64,000 nt of DNA, taken from NCBI RefSeq assembly GCF_009914755.1, contig NC_060940.1. The stretch is one strand, 5' to 3'. The notes under the pieces are model-generated. The model was not told the DNA's origin. It was given only the letters and a program-made list of their open reading frames with translations, and did no database searches. The first letter of the stretch is position 1, and every line of letters starts with the position of its first letter. The translations under genes were made by a program, and so were the position numbers. Source of the DNA: the human T2T-CHM13v2.0 reference genome, Homo sapiens. This document shows positions 26,140 to 39,499 of the stretch, one piece after another.

Positions 26140-26325
26140 CCACACGTTGCTCAGCTTGTTCACTCTAACTTTCCAGCTTCTTTATTTGCATAATTATAGA
26201 AATAACCCACCCATACCCCTTCTGGGGGCATCTGTGAGGGTTAAGTGATGTCACTTATAAAAGCCCTCCATACAGTGTCCAGCACACAGTGTGTGTTCTG
26301 CAAAGAGTAGCTATTGGAGTTAGTG
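26140..26325 (+). mobile_element. MIR relic
   Basis: 'tgtgagggttaagtgatg...tataaaagccctccatacagtgtccagcacacagt'. Confidence 0.7.
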
Positions 26326-26674
26326 CTGGGAGTGACAACCTTCCCCTTGATTCCACCAGCCCTGCTGGGCCCCTCAGTGCTTTGCTCTGCCATTTCCCAG
26401 AGCCCTGCTGGAAGACCAGGAAGAGTGCCTGAAGCCGCGGTTGTTATTTGAACGCAGGCCTTCCTGCAAGCTGGACTTTGTTCATCCCTGTGGACAGCAT
26501 ATCTGGAAAGCACAGACACTGTAACCACATCGTGGTTTGACCTTTAAGCTCTGGGAGCATAAATCCTTCTAGCGTCTTGTTTTTCACGGTCAGAGTCCAT
26601 GCCACTGGCTCCCCACTCGTATGAGTGGGCTGAGGACCAATCTGCTCTCCCAGCACTAGGAAGGATAGACACTA

Positions 26675-26772
26675 ATAACTCCCAATTGATATGTAACTTG
26701 CCCTAATATTGACCCTGGCCCTGATGACTCCCAATTGATATGTAACTTGCTCTAATATTGACCCTGGCCCTG
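26675..26772. repeat. 49-bp tandem duplication
   Basis: at(a/g)actcccaattgatatgtaacttgc(c/t)ctaatattgaccctggccctg x2, two mismatches. Confidence 0.95.
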
Positions 26773-27008
26773 TGGTTAGTGATTCTCATTGCAGGGTAAA
26801 TGATTGGACCGTTTTGGCTTTTACCCCATTTGACATTTTCACAGCCTCTACCACCATCTTCAACAACAAAATAAGACAGCTTAATTAATTGTGTGACACA
26901 AGGATGAGCCATGCTGTTGCTCTTTAGTGGATACAGTGGCAAACTTCACAGTATTTCTTCTGAATCAACTAGAAGGTGTGACTGCCCTTTATCAAATATG
27001 ACAAAAGT

Positions 27009-27018
27009 GGAAAGTCCC
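27009..27018 (-). promoter_or_regulatory. Canonical NF-kB (kappaB) site GGGACTTTCC
   Basis: Plus-strand GGAAAGTCCC is the exact reverse complement of the Ig-kappa/HIV kB decamer; function unproven. Confidence 0.4.
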
Positions 27019-27329
27019 ACTTTTTCCCATCAGAGATGTATCTACATTAAACCATCTGAGTAAATGATAATAATAATATTATTATTAATATAAATGGAAC
27101 GCTCAAGAAGTGCCTGGTGTGCTAAGTATGTTAGATTAGCAACAACCATTTATTCTTAAACAGTTGCAGAATTCCGAATATCTGCTACGCTCTGTATTAG
27201 CCACTGTGTAAGAGGTTAAAACAACATGGTTCCTGTACTGTGTGGGGAGGCAGCAGATGAATAGGTCTAGTGTCATTAGGGCTGTGAAGGGAGAATACTA
27301 ATTACTGTTAATAGTAATAACATTATTGT

Positions 27330-27565
27330 TGTGAGGTCTTAGCTGAGGGACTCCTCCATGTCAGGTGCTTAGGATACATTACATTTTTAACCATCATCAC
27401 CACTATGACCTCTTCATGCATTAATAGATACTCTTTATAATCCCATTTTTAAAATGTGGCACCTAAAGTAGAGAAGTTGAGTAGCCTAAGGTCATACAGC
27501 TGGTGAGAATCTGGTGGAATTGCAATCCCCTTCTGGCTGTCTACAGAGTTCATACTCTTCACACC
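27330..27565 (-). mobile_element. MIR relic
   Basis: 'atcccatttttaaaatgtgg...gcctaaggtcatacagctggtga'. Confidence 0.7.
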
Positions 27566-27574
27566 ACAGCTGGG

Positions 27575-27745
27575 CTGCTAAGGGCCAAATCCTAGCTCTG
27601 CCTTTTACCGGCTTTGCAACCTTGGGCAAGTTCCTTCAGCTCTCTAGACTCAGTTTCCTAATCTATAAAATGGGTTTATAATATTACTACAGAGTAGTGA
27701 TAAAGAATACATGGGTTAGTGTACGCAAAATGCTGGAGACAATTA
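27575..27745 (+). mobile_element. MIR relic
   Basis: 'caaatcctagctctgcc...accttgggcaagtt...ctcagtttcctaatctataaaatggg'. Confidence 0.8.
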
Positions 27746-27849
27746 ACATATGTGAATCCTGTGACCTGATATGCACCCAGCAAACCCAGCACCCTCCAGC
27801 TCCACCATGACAACACAGAGGATGCTCCTCTAGCCCAGCAGGAGAAGTC

Positions 27850-28105
27850 AGCTGCATTGAGGCTTGAAGGGTGAATAAGAATTATCTGGGTAGGAAAAGG
27901 AGAACAGCCTCACTGGCAGAGTTTTTATAAAGGCACCAAAGTCTGAAAGGCATGAAGAGTTTAGAGGGACCCGTTAACAGTTTAGAACAACTGGATGACA
28001 ATTGCGTAGAAGGAAATGGATACTGCGGATACCACGGAGCTCAGCAAGCAAGTTTCACCTTCTAAAGGCAGTGGGTGAAGGTTAAAGAATATAAAGCAGG
28101 AAAAT
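27850..28105 (-). mobile_element. L2 fragment
   Basis: 'cttgaagggtgaataagaatt...ggcagag...aaggcaccaaag...ataaagcagg'. Confidence 0.55.
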
Positions 28106-28159
28106 GACTCATCCCCCACCCCTCAAAGAACAAATGATTCTAAATCCAACTCTGGGACA

Positions 28160-28462
28160 TTTTTGGTTCTTAAGAAATGAGAGCCTCACTCTGTTGCCCA
28201 GGCTGGAGTGCAGTGGTGCAATCCTAGCTCACTGCAGCCTGGAATTCCTGGGCTTACCTGATCCTCTCTGCTCAGACTCCCAAATAGCTGCGAGTACACG
28301 TGTGAACAACCACACCCTGCTAAGTAAAAAAAAAAAAAAAATTTGTAGACACAAGATCTTAGTATTTTGTCCAGGCTGGTCTTAAACTCTCAGGCTCAAG
28401 TGATACTCCCTCCTCGGCCCCCCAAACTGCTGGGATTATAGGTGTGAGCCCCCATCCCAGCC
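28160..28462 (-). mobile_element. AluJ
   Basis: Antisense Alu with J diagnostics (tagctcactgcagcct, ggctcaagtga); degenerate TSD act(c/t)tggga. Confidence 0.88.
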
Positions 28463-29940
28463 TACTTTGGGAACTTAAGTCCTGTTGTGGCCCATACTGA
28501 AGAGATGGAAAATTCCTTCTTGTTGACAAAGGAAACACCTTTCCCTCCTCTTTCTCTTCTCCCTTGTCCTTGGGCTAGCCTTAGGAGGCATACTCAGTCC
28601 ACTGCCTGCTACTTTCCAGCTCTTCCTGCTTCCTTCTACAGGGTTTCCAAGTCCTGAGCAAAGGCCAAGTTGGGGCTGCAGGGAAGGTAGTAAGCTTTCT
28701 AGTTACCTTCTAATCTGTGGATGAGTACTGTAGACTTCATGGGCATAGTTCATGCTTAGTGTATCCTGGTCTTGGAATGATCCTTGGTTTTTAAACACCC
28801 TGAGCTCTGAGGTCTGTTTGAGAGGGACCAGGTCAAAATGCAGAGCTTCTACTTGCAAAACTGGGAGCTACGGGTTTAACAATCTCCCCAATTTCAACAG
28901 AGCCTGCACCCACCAGGACCCAGATCCTCAGGGAAATGGCTGACATTGGAAGGGCTCTGTCAGCTCCCTGGCCCAACAGGACCTTGCAGTTGCTTCTGTT
29001 CTCGGAAAGTGCCCCAGAAGTGGAGAGTGAAAAATGCAGCTCTTGGTGGGCTTCGGCCCTCCCACCCGCCTGCCCGAGGGAAGAGGGCTGGCCTCCACAT
29101 TTTCCCAGATCCATGTGGGCTGGTACAAAAGAGCTTTTGAGGATAAACAAATACAGAATTGAGAAAATAAGGAAGGAGCTGGCATCTGAAGAATGCGAAT
29201 ATTTAGAAAATGCTGGGGAGAGACGACAGAGCAGGCTGTTCTGTTGTAGGTTAGATGCTAGATGGCCTGAGACAGGGGAACCGCCAACAAGAGAAAAAGG
29301 GAAGGAAAAAAACATCTTAATGGAGACAAAGTTTCTTCAGGGTGGATTGTTTTTCACAGGCAAAAAGGAAGGATGTGAAAGCAAAGGAGATCTAGGGAAC
29401 AGCACAGATACGCCGCCTCCATCGTTCCACACACTGGTCAACGTGATAGGAAGATCCCACCAGCCATTGTTACAGCATTACAGAGAGCTGATTTTTAAAT
29501 TGTTTAATGTTACATTATTTATCATTATTTATTGGTCAAGAGATTCCAGGGAGTTGAACCACCCTTCAGTCAAGAGGGTCAGAGTGGAAGCCCAGAGAAT
29601 AATGGCAAACCTGCCCAAAACGTAATAGGGAAAACCAAGGGAAAAATCAAGGAAAGGACTGGCTGCCATGTTCTTTCAGCTATTGCAGAGAACAGCAAAT
29701 GGCCAGGAGCTAATTGTCAAAGCACTCAATCTGAAGTTAGCAAATATTTGATCCTTCATTGAAATATCCTTGCTCTTTTTGTATTTCTTGGTTCAAACAT
29801 CTCAGTTCATTCATTCATCTGTCCATTCATTCAAGGCGTTGGTTGTACATTTAATAAACACCAATATTCTCTACCTTAGCCAGGTTGTCTTCCATGAACT
29901 GTACATATACTGTTTTATTTATTTTTTAAAGTAATATTCT

Positions 29941-30575
<635 letters not shown>

Positions 30576-30646
30576 TTATAGCAATATTCTTTACAGGTGC
30601 TATTATTGTCAGCATTTCACACATGAAAAAATTGAGGCATAGACAG

Positions 30647-31154
30647 TATATTAGTTTCCTACTCGCTACAGCAAATTATCACACATTTGGTGGATTCAAA
30701 CAACACAAATTTATTACCATTCAGTTCTGGAGGTCAGAAGTCCAACATGGATCTGCCTGGGCTCGCAGTGAGGTATCAGCAGGGCTGTGTTCCTTCTGGA
30801 GGCTCTAGAGCAGAAACATTTTATTCATTTTTCAGGCTTCCGTAGGTCAACTGCATTTCTGGACTCATGACCCTTTCCTCCATCTTAAAAGCTAGCAGCA
30901 ATGGTTTTCTCATATGGCATCATGACAAGACAGATTTCTATTCTGCCACTTATTTCCAATTTTAAAGATCCTTGTGATTACAATGGCCCCACCCAGATAA
31001 CGCAGGGTAATCTCCCTATTTTAAGGTCAGCAGAGCAGCAACTTTAATTCAACCTGCAGCCTGAATTCCCTCTTGCCAAGTAAGGTAACGTAATCACAGA
31101 TCCTGGGGATTAGGATGTGGACATCTTTGGGGGACCATTATTCTACCTACCACA
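30647..31154 (-). mobile_element. MLT1C/D MaLR solo LTR
   Basis: 'tattagtttcct...acaaatttatt...cagttctggaggtcagaagtcc...ggattaggatgtggacatctttgggggaccattattctacctaccaca'; perfect 5-bp TSD gacag. Confidence 0.9.
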
Positions 31155-31914
31155 GACAGCTTCAGTGGCTCACTCAAGGCCACAGGGCCAGTGAGTGGCA
31201 GGCCTTGGATTCCATAGTTGATATTCTGACTCAGTCTCTGAATTTTACCTCCTCCCACTTCTTATGTGCCAGGACTCAGCTGGGGGCTGTGGACACATCA
31301 GAAAAATATGCTCTCCATCTCTGACCTGGTGGCTCCATATTCCACTGCGTTTGTGGAGCAGAATCCCGTGAACTCTGGACAAGAAAACTTCGAGGCAGGA
31401 AAGAATGAAAACAAACGCTGAGCTGGAGAGTAGGCAGGAAGAAGCACTATTTGGATGGGCAGATTGAGTGAACATTTGGAGATGCATAAAAGGTGGGCAT
31501 GGGTGGTTATGGAGGTGGGCATGGTATACTGAACAATAATTAAAGACAATTCAGGCTCACTGGGGACTCTGCCTGGACCCATTCCCTTTGCCCCAATTCT
31601 GATCGTCTGTTGCCCTCTATAAAGTTCGAGTACCGGCATTCTTAATTTAATGTACTGTATACATACCCACGTAGATACAGTTATGTTTGCTCTCCCTTAA
31701 GGGTGTGTGGCATTGAAGACAGACACACATTCACAAACCCCTGGCTACCTCCAGGCCTTAGTGACTGTGAAGCAAAACCCCTTGGTGGTCACTAGCTGGG
31801 GCATTTCTTGAGGTTCTTCTGGAGACCCAAAGGAAAACTCACATGGAGTTGACCCCCAAAGACAGACTCACATCTTTCCTGATGCCAGGCACCCATCCCT
31901 TATCCACACTTTTG

Positions 31915-32110
31915 GAATTAGAGGAGGTCCTGAGTTGGAGCCCAATAGCTGCCAGGTGTTCACTGATGCATGTCAATCTCCCTGGGCCTCACTTTCCACA
32001 TATGTAAAAATTGGGATAGTTGTGACATCTTATCTAGAGCTGTTTCAAGATTCGTTAAGATAAACATGAATGTACTTTGTGACTGGAAGGCATATATGAG
32101 AAATTCTTGT
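31915..32110 (+). mobile_element. MIR relic
   Basis: 'ctccctgggcctcactttccacatatgtaaaaattgggata'. Confidence 0.65.
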
Positions 32111-32719
32111 TATTAAAGCAATAGACAACGATGTAATAGGGACTTCCTCATGTACCTGTGATAGGCACAGCTAAACTACAGAGATGGGACTCTAGAAACA
32201 AGCGGGACTGAATTTTAACAAATCACTCAGAAATCACGAATTTAAGTGAAATTGGTCTCCTTGGGACATAGAACAAATATTTTAGCATAATCAAAATGTT
32301 CTCATTTAATTTTCCTTTTGAACCTATGATATAGTCCTCAGTGAAGGTAAATATCCATCTTTGAAAGTACATTTGTTTTGTTTTGTTTTTAAAGCCAAAA
32401 GACATCTACTGCCAAGTCTTGTTAGTAAGGAGGAGCTAATGGTTTGGAGTCAAATGTTAGATTTTCCCTGAATGCTCAATAACTGGCTGAGAAAAATAAC
32501 AATCCCAAGGAATCATTTTCAAATAATTTGTAACTAGGCAGCCTTGTTAGAATCAGGGAAGAACTTCTAAAGGGTAGATGCATACCTGGAAACATTTGAT
32601 GAGTCCAGGTTATTAGATGACTTCTTACCTTCACTCCTCACAGCAGGATTTTTGCTCAAAAGGCCACTTCCTCTACCCCAACCCAGAAAACACAGAACCT
32701 CACTTTCTATTCTGGGCCT

Positions 32720-33170
32720 AGTAGACAACAGAGCTTTAGTATTTAGGGACGTGGAATTTTACCTCCTGACGTCTGATTCTGGCTTCAGCACTTGCTAGCT
32801 GGATGATCTTGGGACATCACTGAACTTCACTTCATTCTTCTCAACCAGGGTTTATTGTTCCCCTGCAGCAGGACACTTGCCAATGTCTGCAGACATTATA
32901 GGGTGGTAGGAAAAGGAATGCTATTGATAGCTAGTAGGTGAAAGCCAGAAATGCTGTGAAGAGTCCTACGATGCTCTGGACAATACAACAGCAAAGAGCG
33001 CTCCAGCCCCAAATAGCAATAGTGTGGAAGCTGAAAAACCTTGTACTATATAGGAAATAGTAGTACTGACTTCGCAGGGCTGATGTGAAGAGTGAATGAG
33101 ATGATGCATGGAAAGTGTTTACCACATTGCCTGGTGCATATTGGGACACAATAACATGAACTTATATTAA
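32720..33170 (+). mobile_element. MIR interrupted by MER20
   Basis: 'cacttgctagctggatgatcttggg' before MER20 and 'gtgaagagtgaatgagatgatgcatggaaagtg...tgcctgg' after it. Confidence 0.7.
32833..33044. mobile_element. MER20 (hAT-Charlie)
   Basis: 'ttctcaaccaggg...ggacacttgccaatgtctgcagacatt...gccagaaatgctg...ccagccccaaat...aatagtg...tgaaaaacc'. Confidence 0.85.
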
Positions 33171-33444
33171 TTCATATGAGCAATATATAAATCATAATGT
33201 TCAATGGGCTCGGATGCCCACCGTCCTCCCTGTTCTTCACACCATCACTCCTACTCCGAAAATCATTATTGTTACAGCCACATCCGGTATGCATTTTCAC
33301 AGAGGCCTTTGGAGATAGAAAAGATGTCATCCATGCAGATTAGGGGATGAATAGATTCTCAGTGTCCTTGAAAACTCTCATGCCCTGTCCCACTACTCAC
33401 AAATTGTCCTTCCTGGGATGAAGTCCAAATACCATTATGAATAT

Positions 33445-33670
33445 TACTACCTCAATTAAAACAGTTGTTACCATGTGTCTGGCACTTTATATACATTATT
33501 TTAATTTAATATTTCCTATAATCCAACAACTAGGTATTACTATCATCCAGATGGCCAAGGCACAGAAAATATTAACAAGTGACTTAGCGAAAATTAAATG
33601 GCTGCAAAGAGGCAGTAGCCAGATTTCATCCCCATCCACTTGACTCATACGGCACATGCTATGACTCCTC
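33445..33670 (-). mobile_element. MIR relic
   Basis: 'taccatgtgtctggcactttatatacattatttt...taggtattactatcatcc'. Confidence 0.65.
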
Positions 33671-34624
33671 CATGGGCCATGGAATTTGGAGAGAGACGGA
33701 GTAAGGGAATTGCTGCAGTTTGCCCATAAAACCAGCACCCTGAGCTATATGTCTACTCCTTTTCTAGAAAATATCTGTGTCTTTCTCTCCAGCTCACCAG
33801 CATTAAGGAGAGCTGTCAGGAGCATAATTAAACATACTTCTTTCAGGCATTGGAAATGGTCTTAAAGAGTTAAAACCTTAGAACATTTGTAATCTGTCTT
33901 TCAAATGGTATTAAAAATTCATTTTCTAGAACACTGATAGAATTTTCTTTCCCCCCTCCCAGGCAACAAAATCTATGTTTTCACAATCCATAATTCAAAG
34001 CCGATCCTGGAAGAAATGTTGAAACGATAAACATGTTACTTGTGATTTGTGGCTATTTAATAATGATGATATTGAGCAAGGAAATTAGACCCATGTCAAA
34101 TGTGGTTTTGAAGGAGATACTGCAAAAGGAAGAGACATGTAAAGAGACTTTTCTTCCTCAGAAAAGTGTGTTGCTTCTATACCTCTCTTCCTGAAGTTTC
34201 TTAAAGTCACATTGCCCTTTTTCCTTCCCTTCTGACTCATGTTTCACATGTGTGTTTATCTATTTGTTTTAAGATTTCTCTAGCTAAATGAAACAGAATC
34301 AATTATACCTTGACTTTAAGCTTTTGTTAGTGGTGGTATTAACTTTTTATTGTGGTTATCATGACGGTGTCAAAGGCAGGGAATAGAGGGGTGGCATTTT
34401 TGACACCTGATTTCTAAACATTCCCTCTGATTTTTTCATCTTCTAAACGGTAATATAAAGAGACGTCTTAGTGTCCTAAAAGGAATAGATGAATAAGTGG
34501 CTTAAATGTGCTCTCGTGTTCACAAAATGAATTCATATCCCAGAAAAATCTCCATACCTAGAGCTAGAGTTTCCAGATTTGTCCTTTAGTATTTTATTTT
34601 TGTCTTTTCCACTGATTATAGAGG

Positions 34625-34790
34625 CTCGTTACCTTGAAGTGTGGATGGCAAACCAACAACATCCACATCACTTGAGAGCTTCTCAGAAATGAAAAATCTG
34701 TGTTCTACCCCAGGACTACTGGATCAGCATCTGCACCGTTATTGAAAACCCCAGGTGTTCACACATACCTTAAAACTGGAGAAGCACTGA
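34625..34790. mobile_element. MER5-family MITE inside an antisense MIR piece
   Basis: 'catcacttgagagctt...agaaatg...ccccaggactactggatcagcatctgca...gagaagcactg'. Confidence 0.7.
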
Positions 34791-35029
34791 GGATAAAGTT
34801 ACTTGGTCAAAGACATATTACTAGTAACAGTGTCAGCCTCAGTCTTTCTATTGAATGAAGGTGTGGGATATAAATTCTCTTCCAGTCCTAAAGTTATTGA
34901 CTTAACTTAAGACACTGAGCATCTCGTCCTTGCCACATCCCATACAAGGCATTAGGGGCAACCTTCAAGCATGGTTCCTCTCCTCAGGTGATTTTCCATG
35001 CACAGGAGAGGCTAAAAAGCAGCATCCTT

Positions 35030-35443
35030 CAAAGGATGTTCTACAACATAAGAAATGTTTTATATTCACACTGTCCAATATGGGAGCCACTAGCCACACC
35101 TGATTATTGAGCACTTGGGATGTGACTAGTGCAACAGAGGAACTGCATTTTAATTTTATTTCATTTTAAATAGCCACATGTGGCCAGGCATGGTGGCTCA
35201 TGCCTGTAACCCGAGCACTTTGGGAGACTGAGGTGGCTGGATTGTTTGAGGACAGGAGTTCAAGACCAGCCTGGCCAACATGGTGAAACCCCGTCTCTAC
35301 TAAAATACAAGAAATCCGCCAGGTGTGGTGGAGCACACCTGCAATCCCAGCTACTTGGGAGGCTGAGGCACAATAATCACTTGAACCTGGGAGGCAGAAA
35401 GATCATGCCACTACACTCTAGTCTGGGTGACAGAGACTCTGTC

Positions 35444-35480
<37 letters not shown>

Positions 35481-35537
35481 CCAATAAAATAAAAAATAGC
35501 CATGCATGGCTAGTGGTCATCCTATTGAATAGTACAG
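35030..35537. mobile_element. MER3 (hAT-Charlie) interrupted by an Alu
   Basis: 'ctgtccaatatgggagccactagccaca...ttgagcacttg...gaggaactg...aaatagccac | tggctagtgg...tattgaatagtacag'. Confidence 0.85.
35182..35492 (+). mobile_element. AluS/J with right-arm internal deletion and (TAAA)n tail
   Basis: Lacks the 'ggttgcagtgagcc' segment; TSD aaatagcca. Confidence 0.88.
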
Positions 35538-35557
35538 CTATAAAAGGAGTCAATGTG

Positions 35558-35923
<366 letters not shown>

Positions 35924-36269
35924 TCATGCGAGGGAGGGAAAGGTACTCAGAGGCACTATCCAAGGCCAGACTTGGACTGGTCTCCAAATTGGGAACTACA
36001 CAGGGAGGATTCAAGGTCCCTCCCTTTGGTGGGTTTTAAGTTCTTCCCACTCTTTTTCTCCGCTTCATCTCTCACTTCCGTCCTTTCTCCATTCAGAACT
36101 GAAGTCACTCTTACTTTCCCACGTTACTGGCCTTTTTTTCTTCTCCTGCCTAACAAATTCCTTTGCATCTTTTAAGACTAAACCTAAAAGCCTATGTTTT
36201 GATTGTTCATCAATGTCACTTCCTCTGTGCTCCCTTCTCACAGAATGCCCCTTTCTGGGTAGAAGGCAG

Positions 36270-36500
36270 CAGGGCCAAAAAGGTGATCAGGAGAGCAGGG
36301 CTTGGTGTTCTGTAGATCTGAGTCTCAATTCCAGTCTAGCTTTGCAATCTCAGGCTACTTTCCTAAAGTCTCTAAGCTTTAGCTTCCATATCTGTTCTAT
36401 AGGTGATTGTGATTTAAATGATTGTTTACATGTAACTCTCTTAGCTCCATGCCTAGTAAGTCATGAATCCTCAAAAAATACTTGTTATTTATACTATACT
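36270..36500 (+). mobile_element. MIR relic
   Basis: 'agatctgagtctcaattccag...tctctaagctttagcttccatatctg'. Confidence 0.55.
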
Positions 36501-36539
36501 TATTTGTATCAGTGTATCTTCAATATTGTTATATTACTG

Positions 36540-36710
36540 ATGCTTAATTACAAAACTCTGCAATATAAGTGCTCCAAAGAATCTCTTCCATGGCTCTTCT
36601 CTACCCAACAAAATGTCTGGCCCAGAGTAGGTGTTTAATAAACATTTACTGAATGCATGAGTAAATCAATGGGTGCGTGAGTATGTAGATGGATGAATGG
36701 TTACATGGAT
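36540..36710 (+). mobile_element. L2 3' end
   Basis: 'tgtctggcccagagtaggtgtttaataaacatttactgaatgcatga'. Confidence 0.7.
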
Positions 36711-37099
36711 AAATTGATGTTAGCCCATGGAAACGTCTATTGAAATAACAGCTTCTCCCAGAGCCAATAGCATTTGAAAATGATCATCATATGGGAAGGT
36801 GGTCACACGACTATTCTAACCCCTTACTCTAAATGTCATATGTTCACCTAATGCCTGGTAAAAGGAATAAGGGTTATAAAATTAATACTTCCTTGTCATA
36901 GAGGATGAGAAAATATAAGGGGAAAAATGATAGAAAATTTGAATGAGTACAGGATTCTATCAACCACACAAAACTACCAACTATGAACAAATTGAACTAT
37001 TTCTTTCCAGGAATTTTTTTAATGTATGTATATATACATATTTTTTACAAATTCATCATTGTACTTATATTTGTCATTTAGCTACACATTTCCAAAATT

Positions 37100-37730
37100 A
37101 AAAAAAAAACTGGACACAAAATTGAGTTGGTAAATTTTGGAGCAACTGGGGCAGTTGTACACTGCGAATAGGAGAAAAAATTGGTATAATCCATTGAAAA
37201 ACTATTTGGTGGCCTCTCCTAATACAGAATATGTACATATCCAATAATCCAGCAACTCTACTTCTAGGTGTGTACCCAACAGAAATGTGCACATGTGATC
37301 ATCAAAAGCCTGTAGAAGAACAATTAGCAGCACTATACATTATGGACAAAACTGGAAACTATTCAAACGCTCATCAACAGCAGAATGGATATTTAATTGC
37401 AATATATTCACACAGTAGAGTGGGAATCTGGAAACTGAAACTCCTCACGATAGCATGGATGACTCCTTAAAACAAAGTATTCACTGAAAGAAGCCAGGGA
37501 CAAGAGAATACCTTAGATGCGGCTCCTTTTATAAAGTTCAAAAATACACACCTGATCTAAGGTGTTAGAAATGGCTTCCCTGGGTGAAGTAATGACCAGA
37601 TGAGGCCCAGGAGGGCTTCTGGGGAGCTGAGAATTTTTTTTTTAATTTATTTTTATCTAGGTACTGCTTCTATGCTTGTATGATTTGTACACTCTTCTGT
37701 GTGTTTTTTACACTTCCAAAAAATCTACTT
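37100..37730 (+). mobile_element. L1ME-type ORF2 end and 3' UTR fragment
   Basis: 'ccagcaactctacttctaggtgtgtacccaacagaaatg', 'aaaactggaaacta', 'tgaaagaagccag', 'ggagggcttctgggg'. Confidence 0.8.
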
Positions 37731-37789
37731 TAAGAAATCAGTGCTAACTTTTCTTTGGAAACCCCTTTTATAAACTCATGCCAATATGT

Positions 37790-38040
37790 GCAAGGCATTT
37801 CATCTTGTTTATGTACCACCATTGACCTAACTAGTTTCCTAGTGTTAGACAGACACCTTTTTCTCCTGGTTTTTTTTGTTTTTTTTTTTTCCCACCCTTT
37901 TCAATAATGCTTTCATGACTAAGCTTGTATGTGATTGGAAATGTGGATCCAGGGTTATTTCTTTAGGATTGATCCCAATAAGTGAAATTAAAGGGTTTTG
38001 AGGCTCTTGATACTATTCCAAACTGCACATAAAAGACTAC
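37790..38040 (-). mobile_element. Old L1ME fragment
   Basis: 'ttatttctttaggattgatcccaataagtgaaatta...ttgaggctcttgata'. Confidence 0.5.
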
Positions 38041-38216
38041 TTTGATTGTTATTCTTGCTGTTGGATTGTTTATTTGTTTGCATGAAATAAGTTCACCCCG
38101 TCAGGGTTCTGAGCTGTTTTGACTTTTTAAGAATATTGGATGTCCGTGAACATTAGATCATACCTCCGCCAGCTGTGGGCTCTATCACACACAAAAAATA
38201 TATTTTGAAGAAAAAC

Positions 38217-38251
38217 ATTCTAAGTGAGAATTCATGACTCTCACTTAGAAT
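38217..38251. repeat. Perfect 13-bp inverted repeat with 9-nt spacer
   Basis: attctaagtgaga-attcatgac-tctcacttagaat. Confidence 0.9.
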
Positions 38252-39499
38252 TCTGTTTCCTCAGGGATGGCTTTTCCAGCATCAGGCAAGAAGGAGCCTA
38301 TTCCTCGAGACCCAATTTTCCAACTCGAGGAAAAGCCAAGCAGAGCCTGCTAAGTGCAGAGGGTGCTGAGGAGCATAGATTCCCATGCAGAACACAGGCA
38401 ATTTCATGCACAAAATGGATATTTTGCTCCATTTGCTGAGCTGAAATCAAGGTGCACGCTGGAGGCCTGACAGCTCTTTAGCTGTAACAGCACAAACGTG
38501 CTGCTACAAGACTTGAAGACTGTTTTGAAAGATTTGCTTAGTTTTTCAAAAAGAATTGTCAGTTCCTGGCTAGCGTGAGGCTGACTGCTGAGGTGGGAAA
38601 GAAACCAAAAAGATAAATAAGCATACGAATCCAAATATATTCTTAATGTTAATGCCAGACGGATTCTGGGAGCTCAAAGCCGTACTGATATTGATGCTGA
38701 AATGCCCAAGGAGTCACAGGCAATCTGACAAGTTGAGGCTTAACACCAGAAATAGAAGGAATTGATTTAAGACATTCGCTCTCAGATCCTGTTCACCCTA
38801 AGAGGAGCTTCTGAATCTAATAATTGTTGCTGGAGGACTGAGACAAATGTTCTAATCATTCTTTTTTAAAGTGGGGAAAAGACAGCAAGGATCTTTGACA
38901 TGCTGGAAGCAAATGGTTTTCATATTTTTTTCATCTAGGAGATAAAGATTCTTTTCTGAGCACCTTTTGGCGTTGCACACAGTAAAGGGGATACTTTTGT
39001 TCTGCAAATTTCACTCTGACCAGAGTGACCTCACTCAATATGTGTGGTTAATGCCTGACCTACATAGCACAGCCACTGCCATGGACCCCTCGCCATGACA
39101 CCCACAGCAAAAGAAGTCAGTGAATCATGCTTATTATTATTTTTTCAATCATAGAACAGTTTTTACTGTGAATAAAATTGCAAACCAAGTCAAAAGAGCT
39201 GGTTCTAAAGACAACACTAATGACCTGGCCATTTCCTTGGGGGTTTAGTGAGATAAAAAGCAGGGGTCTTAGGAAGGTGTGTTTGGGAGGGGCTGGAGAA
39301 AGGGGTTGGGAGACACAGAGGGGTAGTGCAGGGGCCCCTTGAAGGAGGTAAGATATAGGGTCCGGTGAAACTCCCTACCCCTTGCCTTATGCATGTAGAA
39401 ATTATACTCTGATCTAAATCTCTCAACTATTTTTCTTATAAGTCAAATTAGAAATGGATGTTTTATTTAGTTTAAATCAAAAGCAATTGTCTGAGAATA

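Noticed and set aside
28936-29625. Longest ORF (229 aa, MADIGRALSAPW...)
   Set aside because: No recognisable domain or homology, no promoter or CpG island, and no clear exon structure; an ORF of this length can arise by chance in 64 kb. PhyloCSF or Ribo-seq would be needed to revive it.
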